DNA from: a virus
Lineage: Duplodnaviria; Caudoviricetes
Direction: 5' to 3' (one strand)
DNA length: 64,000 nucleotides
Virus record (IMG/VR): IMGVR_UViG_3300044695_004869
A program made the translations under genes and the position numbers. A model generated the notes under the pieces. That model had not been told where the DNA came from. It did not search any database and was given only the letters and a program-made list of their open reading frames with translations. Below are positions 57,226 through 64,000 of the stretch, piece by piece (the stretch's first letter is position 1; each line of letters begins with the position of its first letter).

Positions 57226-58617
57226 TTAATTGTTTTTTGTTTCGTCTTTTTGTTTTTGTTGTCTTTTTTCCAACAATTCTCTAACTCTTTGTCTTTGTCT
57301 TTCTTCTTGTTTTTCCTCTAACCCTAAGAATGTCATTGAACTTTCAGTGTCAATATCAATCATCGCATTATCAAATTTACAATTTTCAAAGACAACACCA
57401 TCATCACCGATTCTTGATTTAGTGATGGCAATAGTTGCTAATTTCATTTCTTTTTGTTGTAATGTCTTTGCTATGGAAATGATAACGTGTCCAACTTGTG
57501 CTTTCTTAATAGATCCACCCATTTGGTCAGTGGTAACAACCTCAGAAGATATAGAACTTCTATTCCCTTGTGTTGCTGTCCATCCAACTAAATTAAGTTC
57601 GTGACACATCGCTTCAAATCCTCTCATTACAGATCCTTCACTCTTCCATTCATCCCCCAAGTTCTTATCAGGAACAACACAGTCAATGTAATCAAGTAAA
57701 ACCATATCAACCTTCAAACCATCTGCAATCATCTTTCTAATTTGATTCTTAATTTGTAACATTGTTACAGTATCAGATGGTAATTTTTTCATGATTAACT
57801 TATTACTCATGGTTTCCTCAATCTCTTTAACTTTTTGGATAACTACATCTCTTTTTTCTGACAATTCGTCAGGATGTATCTTAGTCCAAAGGGTGTAATG
57901 TTTTCTTTGAATTACCTTTGGGTTATCCTCAAAAAAGATTTGTAATACGTTAAATCCTAAGTTAAATGCGTGGTTAGCAATTTTAGTTAAGACAGTTGAT
58001 TTACCAACCCCTGTTGGTGCTAAAATCACACCGATCTCTCCTTTAGCCAAACCACCTTTCATTAGTCGGTCAATACCAGGTATTCCCATTGGAATTGGAT
58101 GTCTGTAATCGTCATCTAACACCTGATCCATGTTGGAGAAAACATCCAAAATACTTGTATCTTTTTCTCCAACTTGTAATGCTCCTCTGACCATTTCTTC
58201 AAGGGCATCGTAGTTCTCAAATTCACCACCGTCAATGATCTTTTGTGCCTTACCCATTACTTTCTGTAACTCTTGTTGTTTACAGAACTTTAATGCCTTT
58301 TCTTGTACAAAATCCACTCCGTCGATAGGTGCATCCTTGATTTTCTTAATTGTGTCTAACACAACTTTAGACGCAATTTCTTGTTGTAATTCAGATTTTG
58401 TGATCTGTTCTAATGTTTCAAATGATGGTGTATGATTGTATTTTGAATAATACTCTCTGATCATTTGTACAATTATTTTAAAGTATTTATTCTCAAAATA
58501 ATTGTTCTCAATCACATCAATAATTGAGTGTGAAAAGTCCTTGTCTAAGACCATTTGATTTAATAATTGTAATTGGAATACATTCCCCAAATACTCAAAA
58601 TTTTTGTTTGTCGCCAT
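57226..58617 (-). CDS. Replicative helicase (DnaB/T4 gp41-like)
   Basis: APTGVGKS Walker [19 protein letters not shown]. Confidence 0.93.
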   Translation of the reverse strand: MATNKNFEYLGNVFQLQLLNQMVLDKDFSHSIIDVIENNYFENKYFKIIVQMIREYYSKYNHTPSFETLEQITKSELQQEIASKVVLDTIKKIKDAPIDGVDFVQEKALKFCKQQELQKVMGKAQKIIDGGEFENYDALEEMVRGALQVGEKDTSILDVFSNMDQVLDDDYRHPIPMGIPGIDRLMKGGLAKGEIGVILAPTGVGKSTVLTKIANHAFNLGFNVLQIFFEDNPKVIQRKHYTLWTKIHPDELSEKRDVVIQKVKEIEETMSNKLIMKKLPSDTVTMLQIKNQIRKMIADGLKVDMVLLDYIDCVVPDKNLGDEWKSEGSVMRGFEAMCHELNLVGWTATQGNRSSISSEVVTTDQMGGSIKKAQVGHVIISIAKTLQQKEMKLATIAITKSRIGDDGVVFENCKFDNAMIDIDTESSMTFLGLEEKQEERQRQRVRELLEKRQQKQKDETKNN

Positions 58618-58651
58618 ATAATTTTCCTTCTGTTAGTAAAGATAAATACTA

Positions 58652-59101
58652 TTAGTTTTGGATAAATTCGGGATAATAAAAATTAAAATTTTTGCCTGAA
58701 AAAATGTCAGTCAGGTCACTTAGTATACCTTTTAGTTGTGGGCGTAGGTCTACGGTGTATCTTACCTTTGGTGGGTATAGTTTAGCATCAAAAGTTCTCT
58801 GACAAATTGTCATGTCCCCAACCTTAATATATACATTAAAATTTTCAGGACCGTCTGTAATTGACGTATTTAACATCTCAGGGTTCTCCCCAATTTCATA
58901 TTGATTGTCTAACATATAGACAATACTTCTCATCTTTAAATTGTATTGTAGTTTTTCTGTAAAACTACGGATATAATCGTAAAACTCTTCTGATTTGTGA
59001 GCACTTCTATTAAAACCTTTCACATTAAAAAATCGTTGTACTACGATGTTATCATTACACATTAACAAAAACTCTACCTTTGTTACATCTTGATCTCTCA
59101 T
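58652..59101 (-). CDS. Hypothetical protein
   Basis: 149 aa in the replication operon. Confidence 0.8.
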   Translation of the reverse strand: MRDQDVTKVEFLLMCNDNIVVQRFFNVKGFNRSAHKSEEFYDYIRSFTEKLQYNLKMRSIVYMLDNQYEIGENPEMLNTSITDGPENFNVYIKVGDMTICQRTFDAKLYPPKVRYTVDLRPQLKGILSDLTDIFSGKNFNFYYPEFIQN

Positions 59102-59111
59102 AATTTTGTTT

Positions 59112-60119
59112 TTACTTTTTGTTTCTAAATTTTGTTTTTTCTTTTCTTGATAATTTCAAAAATGGTTTTAAGAAATTAACCCAATTATCATCTCCTTTTG
59201 GTAGGTATTTAAAGAATCCATCCTCCATCATCATTCTAATTAGATTTCTATGTCCTCTACCGTCGGGATCCATCGACTCTGATTGGTACATTTCAACTAA
59301 TTCTTTTCCCTCATCGGAAATTAAAGGTTCTGATAAATCAACTATTTTTTGATTAACTACAAAAAACTCATCCCCATAAATCCCCTCCTTTGTTTTCCCA
59401 CTGAGTAAATTCTGTAAGACAACAACGTCTTTATTTTCTTTCAGTAATTCCTCACCTTTTGTTAAAATATCGGTAAAAGAAACCTCTGAATCAAGTATCT
59501 CAGGAAAAAACTTAACTAAAGTTTTCTCACCAAGATAAAAGATACCATCGATGTTGTCTGAACTATCCCCCGTTAAGATCTTAACAGTTTTAATATTATT
59601 GTGCGGAAACTCATAATCTTTAAGTTTAATTTTGTCTCCGAACTTATAATAACGTTTTGCTTGGGGGGAATAAATAGATACCTTTTCAGATATCAACTGA
59701 GTTAAATCTCTATCACTTGAGAATATCGTTTTTTCTTCTTCTAACGATACTTTACAGTAGTGTGCGATAAGATCATCGGCTTCTGAATTTTCCGTCTCTA
59801 ATTGTCTCACAAACATCTCTTCAAGATATTGTTTAACTCTTTGTTTTTGATTGGTGAAGGATTCTTCCTTACTTTCGTTTTCCAAAGGATTACGATTGAG
59901 TTTATATTTTGGGTATAGTATTCTTCTCTGTGATGAGCTTGTTTTACTATCCCAAAATACAACTACTTTATTGAAGTTTGTTTCTTCTAAGAATTTACGT
60001 AACGTATTTAAAAAGTGCCAAATACCTCCTACGTGTTCACCTTTGTTAAAAAGATCACGAGCCCCGTGAAATCCTATTTTTAATAAATTGTTACCGTCAA
60101 CCAATAAGGTTTTTGACAT
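59112..60119 (-). CDS. 5'-3' exonuclease / flap endonuclease (T4 RNase H-like)
   Basis: LLVDGNN, EADDLIA, SSDRDLTQ, LTGDSSDNIDG. Confidence 0.93.
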   Translation of the reverse strand: MSKTLLVDGNNLLKIGFHGARDLFNKGEHVGGIWHFLNTLRKFLEETNFNKVVVFWDSKTSSSQRRILYPKYKLNRNPLENESKEESFTNQKQRVKQYLEEMFVRQLETENSEADDLIAHYCKVSLEEEKTIFSSDRDLTQLISEKVSIYSPQAKRYYKFGDKIKLKDYEFPHNNIKTVKILTGDSSDNIDGIFYLGEKTLVKFFPEILDSEVSFTDILTKGEELLKENKDVVVLQNLLSGKTKEGIYGDEFFVVNQKIVDLSEPLISDEGKELVEMYQSESMDPDGRGHRNLIRMMMEDGFFKYLPKGDDNWVNFLKPFLKLSRKEKTKFRNKK

Positions 60120-60140
60120 TTTGTTTTACTTTAAATGTTA

Positions 60141-61148
60141 CTACTCTACTTCTTCTTTTTCTGTTTTCAAATCAAAGTCACCATCAACTCCGATTATGTC
60201 TTTCCAATAGTCAGCATATTCTTTCTTATACTTTTCTATTGATGCCTTTTCTTCTGTGGTATCTTTACCCGGTAAAAATCCGTGTGGGGTTACAATGATT
60301 TTACCATCTTCAAATCCAAGTCCATTGATGTGGTTTTTCATAACCGACACTTTTGTTCTTGAAGCAAACTTAACTGTTCGTTTGTCTTTTGTTGCGGTAA
60401 TCTTTGTTGTACCCGCACCTTTTTGATTCCCAAATAAGAATACCAAAGAAGAGTTCAACCAAATTGCCTCACCACCTTTAGCTTTAATTTTTGGTTGTCC
60501 AAATGGATTGTCAGGTAATTCAACCCAAGGTTGATTAACAATGATTAAAGTATTCTCGTATTTAGAATCCGCTTTACGAGATCCTGAAATACGTTGGTTA
60601 ATACCCATACCAATTTTATCCGCCAATGTGGAAGCGTTATGTTGTTTACCTCCTTTACCTTCGTAAGTCATTTTACAAGGAACTGATCCAACTGAATCCC
60701 ACATAATACAAAGTGAATAATCTAATTCACCTTTTTCTTGTGCATCCAATAGTTCATTAATGTAATCTGTAATTTGTTCAATATAACTGAAATTGTTATT
60801 AAACAAGAAGAATCCGTCCCAAGTTAATTCACCTGTTTCTTCATCGACTACTTCTTCACATTCAAACCCCATTATTTTTGAGTGTTCAAAGGACCATTTT
60901 TGTTCGGTAATAATGAAAACAGGAAGAATCCCTTTCTTTTGAGCATCAACCGCAGTTTTAATAAGTGCTGTTGTTTTACCAGTGTCAGAATGACCCAACA
61001 ACATATTAAGGTGTCCAATAGCAGGACCAGGTAAACCTACCGCATCCAAGAAATCAGATCCAAGATCAAAAAATCTTTGTGGTTTATATTTTGCGTCTGA
61101 AGAGAATTTTTTCTTCAATGAACTAAAATCTGTTTTCTTAATTGCCAT
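60141..61148 (-). CDS. RecA/UvsX-like recombinase
   Basis: GHSDTGKT Walker A, WDSVGS, IIVNQ, KGG. Confidence 0.92.
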   Translation of the reverse strand: MAIKKTDFSSLKKKFSSDAKYKPQRFFDLGSDFLDAVGLPGPAIGHLNMLLGHSDTGKTTALIKTAVDAQKKGILPVFIITEQKWSFEHSKIMGFECEEVVDEETGELTWDGFFLFNNNFSYIEQITDYINELLDAQEKGELDYSLCIMWDSVGSVPCKMTYEGKGGKQHNASTLADKIGMGINQRISGSRKADSKYENTLIIVNQPWVELPDNPFGQPKIKAKGGEAIWLNSSLVFLFGNQKGAGTTKITATKDKRTVKFASRTKVSVMKNHINGLGFEDGKIIVTPHGFLPGKDTTEEKASIEKYKKEYADYWKDIIGVDGDFDLKTEKEEVE

Positions 61149-61149
61149 A

Positions 61150-61371
61150 TTAATTGAAATTATATTTATGGAATGTTTCTAATGCATTCATTTTATCTTG
61201 TGCGTTAACCATTTTCTCAACCAATTTATCCATTTCCTCAATGTGTTGTGGATGTTCTCCAATACCAACAGGATTTGTAAAATAAACTAACAAGGTTGCT
61301 TCCGCTTCCGCCATTTCCGAACGATACTTTAAGGTCAATGCCTCATACATTTTTTCTGAAATCTTATTCAT
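61150..61371 (-). CDS. Conserved phage hypothetical protein
   Basis: YFTNPVGIGEHP motif recalled from T4-like phage small proteins. Confidence 0.75.
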   Translation of the reverse strand: MNKISEKMYEALTLKYRSEMAEAEATLLVYFTNPVGIGEHPQHIEEMDKLVEKMVNAQDKMNALETFHKYNFN

Positions 61372-61384
61372 TTTATTTTGATTT

Positions 61385-61425
61385 AAAAATACTAGGACAC
61401 CTTGTCTATGTAAGTGTCCTAGTAT
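61385..61425 (-). terminator. Intrinsic terminator after ssb
   Basis: 12-bp stem ATACTAGGACAC/GTGTCCTAGTAT followed by a T-tract on the minus strand. Confidence 0.8.
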
Positions 61426-61440
61426 AAGTTATTATTTTAA

Positions 61441-62304
61441 TTAGAATGGTAAATCTTCGTCTTCGTCATCATTTACCTGAGGATCTGCAACCTCATTAAT
61501 TGATTTTGGTGTTGAACCTCCCATAGATACTTCCGATTCACTACTATTTGAGTAGATGTATTTACCTGCGTCTGTATCCCAACGAGGAGTTTCTCCTCTC
61601 GCAATTGATTCAAGATATTCAACAGGTTTTTTAGAATATACGTCCTCCCAAGTCAACTCATCGTTGATCCAAGTAGATGACTGTTCAGCGTCTTCATGTG
61701 TTGGTGTTGGATCGTCATACATTACGGTTTGAATTACCGTGTATGTTGCACCTTTTGGTGTCTTTGCCTTTGTAAGTTCAAGGATTAAGTCACGACCATT
61801 ATCTGAATCGGTAACATCTCCTTTAGCTCTAAGGATTGGAATGATTTTATCTAAAATTCCTTCTTGTTTGTAATTGTGTTTAAATCTCCAAAATTTAACA
61901 CCGTCTTCTTCGTGATCACGGTCAACCACTTTAACAATGTAAAACTTACGAGCTTTATATTGTGTTGCCAATTGTTTGTCTGATTCACGACCTGTTGACA
62001 TTAACTCTTCGTAAACCTCGTTTAAAGGTGAACGTTCGTTGTCATTTTTTCCCGGATCATAAAATTTCTGCCATTTACCATCAACATTGATTTCGTGGAA
62101 CCATACCTCTTTAAAAGGTGATGATCCATCAGTTGTTGGTAAAATACGGATTTTTCTTTGTCCTTGTTTTTCGCTGTCTTTAAGGATTGCTGCGAAATAC
62201 TTTTTCATTCTTTCGTCCTGAGACATTTTTGAAGTGGATGATCCACTTTGTTTTGAACTCTCGTACTGGTCCAACATTGCTTTTAAGGTTTCGTTTGTCG
62301 CCAT
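61441..62304 (-). CDS. Single-stranded DNA-binding protein (gp32-like)
   Basis: IRILP..., FYIVKVVDR...GVKFW, GRDLIL and acidic DDEDEDLPF tail. Confidence 0.88.
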   Translation of the reverse strand: MATNETLKAMLDQYESSKQSGSSTSKMSQDERMKKYFAAILKDSEKQGQRKIRILPTTDGSSPFKEVWFHEINVDGKWQKFYDPGKNDNERSPLNEVYEELMSTGRESDKQLATQYKARKFYIVKVVDRDHEEDGVKFWRFKHNYKQEGILDKIIPILRAKGDVTDSDNGRDLILELTKAKTPKGATYTVIQTVMYDDPTPTHEDAEQSSTWINDELTWEDVYSKKPVEYLESIARGETPRWDTDAGKYIYSNSSESEVSMGGSTPKSINEVADPQVNDDEDEDLPF

Positions 62305-62336
62305 TGTATATATATTTATTAAAGGTTTACGTAGAA

Positions 62337-62365
62337 AATATAGTTATAAAAAATAGAGTAGTCAA
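62337..62365 (-). promoter_or_regulatory. Sigma70-like promoter for ssb
   Basis: TTGACT-N17-TATATT(TT). Confidence 0.6.
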
Positions 62366-62376
62366 TAAGGTATGTT

Positions 62377-62408
62377 AAAAAAAGAGAGAGATGTTAATGT
62401 CTCTCTCT
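62377..62408 (-). terminator. Intrinsic terminator
   Basis: AGAGAGAGA/TCTCTCTCT stem followed by a T-tract on the minus strand. Confidence 0.75.
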
Positions 62409-62414
62409 AAAGTA

Positions 62415-63032
62415 TTATATCATTTCATCTTCTTCAAAATCGTTGAAACTTCCCTTAATTTCACTAGGGGAATATTCTTCAACTTCATCAGTAGTTAAAA
62501 CATATTCATTTTTTCCTGATTTTTCCATGTCATCCATCTTATCATCAAAAAATTCACTTAGTTTTTGATTAAATGGCCCCGAATCTAAACTTCTAAGTTC
62601 TAATTTTTCTTCAGGTGTTTTTGGTCTAATTTTTTCAATTTTTGTTTCTAAATTATTTACCGTATTAACTAAATTATCCATTTCACCTAATTTGGTTTCA
62701 AGATTTTTTAATTGATCAAATAAATTGTTAAAATATTCTTCTTGTTTGTCAGCAAATGTTTTTTGAGTATCAACTAAATCTGTTATGTCAAGTTCTTCAG
62801 TTTCCTTACCCACCTCTTCAACATCAGGATCATTTTCAATATCAACAGGTTGTGGAGTATTTGTTGGAGGTACGGGTGCTTCAGGAGCTATTGCGGCTTC
62901 AGGACTTACAGGGGCAACAGCCGCCGCAGGATCCGGAGCCGGTGGGGGAGGTAATTCACCTTGTTCCAAGATATACTTATTAATGTTATTATATCTTTTT
63001 ATTTCTTCTAGTATTTTTTTATCTATTGACAT
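62415..63032 (-). CDS. Acidic protein with Pro/Ala-rich linker and coiled coil
   Basis: MSIDKKILEEIKRY..., PPPPAPDPAAAVAP, heptads. Confidence 0.8.
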   Translation of the reverse strand: MSIDKKILEEIKRYNNINKYILEQGELPPPPAPDPAAAVAPVSPEAAIAPEAPVPPTNTPQPVDIENDPDVEEVGKETEELDITDLVDTQKTFADKQEEYFNNLFDQLKNLETKLGEMDNLVNTVNNLETKIEKIRPKTPEEKLELRSLDSGPFNQKLSEFFDDKMDDMEKSGKNEYVLTTDEVEEYSPSEIKGSFNDFEEDEMI

Positions 63033-63033
63033 A

Positions 63034-63258
63034 TTATCCGTTTAATAATTGTTTTATTCCAGTTTTAGTTTCAACTTGAATTTTTTTATTGGTATTCATC
63101 GTGTTATCCACACGCTCAATTAACCCATCTTTCATTCTTATAGTATAACAATCACCGGTATCTAAATCACATACCTCTTTAAATCCGTTACCCGCATCTT
63201 TTTCTGACATTCTTGTATTCTTACCAAGATAATTATCTAAAATTAATTTTGTGCTCAT
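63034..63258 (-). CDS. Small hypothetical protein
   Basis: 74 aa with CDLDTGDC; TATTTAT at 63272-63278. Confidence 0.75.
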   Translation of the reverse strand: MSTKLILDNYLGKNTRMSEKDAGNGFKEVCDLDTGDCYTIRMKDGLIERVDNTMNTNKKIQVETKTGIKQLLNG

Positions 63259-63307
63259 AGTTTTTTTTATTATAAATATCTAACAAAACGAAAAAAACAC
63301 TTTCATA

Positions 63308-64000
63308 CTATATTGATTTAACAGTATTAAACGCCTCTCTAAATTTATTTTCAACAGTTTTTTTATCTTGTTCTGTCATTTTATCATAAACATTATCAGG
63401 TTGATTAATAGGCCATCTTAATATAAATGTTTTAGCCAACGCCTTTATTTGTTCATCTTCAGTTGTTAATGGTTGATTTTTTATGTATGGTAATTTCTCT
63501 TTGAACTTAGTTATAGCAAATCTAATAAACGCAGTATCGCTAATAAAAATCGCCAAAGGTATATTTTGAGTTGTACCTTGATTTACACAATAATATTTAT
63601 TTTCCATAATTGCGGATGCTCCACCATAAGAAACATCCAATCTTATTGATCCGTAATTATGTCCATATGCTTCAAATTTGTTGGACTTATATGAATCAAT
63701 ATACATTATAGAAAATAAAAAAGCTAACATTAACGTTTGATTATCTGTTGTAATATTAGCGTTATTCATTTCAACTTTTATTATATCAACAGCGTTCTTT
63801 AAAGTTAATGTTGTTTTAACAGGAGTTTCATTAGTGTAATTAACATAAGAACTATTCAATTTATCGGAACAATTTTGATTAGTAGTTAATGATCCGTTAC
63901 CATTAACAGTATTATTTATTATATCACTTTGTTCTTGTAAAATATTACCTTCAGATTCAAGTAACGCCGTTTCTTCCTTTACAATCTGTTCTTTTATTGT
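63308..64000 (-). CDS. Hypothetical protein, partial (starts beyond right edge)
   Basis: Frame stays open from 64000 (TIKEQIVKEE...) through the ORF-track TTG start at 63859. Confidence 0.8.
   Translation of the reverse strand, partial: TIKEQIVKEETALLESEGNILQEQSDIINNTVNGNGSLTTNQNCSDKLNSSYVNYTNETPVKTTLTLKNAVDIIKVEMNNANITTDNQTLMLAFLFSIMYIDSYKSNKFEAYGHNYGSIRLDVSYGGASAIMENKYYCVNQGTTQNIPLAIFISDTAFIRFAITKFKEKLPYIKNQPLTTEDEQIKALAKTFILRWPINQPDNVYDKMTEQDKKTVENKFREAFNTVKSI

Noticed and set aside
53818-61148. Inteins or introns in nrdA, nrdB, helicase or recA
   Set aside because: Lengths and motif spacing are normal; no C/S...HN-C/S/T intein ends seen.
1-64000. Stop-codon reassignment (as in some large phages)
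   Set aside because: Conserved enzymes are full length in the standard code, and both TAG and TGA terminate plausible genes.
1-64000. Eukaryotic giant virus or bacterial chromosome origin
   Set aside because: gp25/gp6 baseplate genes, gp32-like SSB, bacterial sigma70, bacterial promoters and intrinsic terminators indicate a bacteriophage despite the eukaryote-like GT and LRR motifs.
1-64000. tRNA or rRNA genes
   Set aside because: No cloverleaf with TTC-loop/D-loop motifs seen in the short intergenic regions; a tRNAscan-SE run would confirm.

Overview
AT-rich, gene-dense fragment of a large (jumbo-type) tailed phage with a contractile-tail baseplate. The host is probably in the Bacteroidota, based on a Bacteroidota-type RpoD-like sigma factor, TTG-N19-TAnnTTTG promoters, an Hc1-like protein, SprB-type repeats and an SFSQ-type signal peptide. 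Layout: 1-19 kb accessory and probable head-associated genes (acidic proteins, MetK-like remnant, Grx, Trx, DUF932, LRR protein, Dam, DnaJ, amidase-like and membrane proteins, sigma factor); 19-29.6 kb SbcCD/gp46-47, PD-(D/E)xK nuclease, primase and RuvC-like resolvase; 29.7-53.7 kb tail/baseplate genes; 53.8-62.3 kb nrdAB, helicase, 5'-3' exonuclease, RecA and gp32-like SSB. Top candidate for an undescribed system: a glycosyltransferase resembling the plant extensin-modifying GT96/GT95 families, embedded among virion genes with (PT)n and poly-Thr linkers, suggesting phage-encoded O-glycosylation of tail proteins. Other notable items: an internally deleted, apparently non-catalytic MetK homologue; an amidase lacking its Zn ligands; a GC-rich structured RNA after the sigma gene; several ORFs missed by the ORF track; and a TATTTAT motif just upstream of many gene starts. 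All homology calls come from motif recognition by eye, not database searches. No tRNA, rRNA, CRISPR array, intein or intron was seen.
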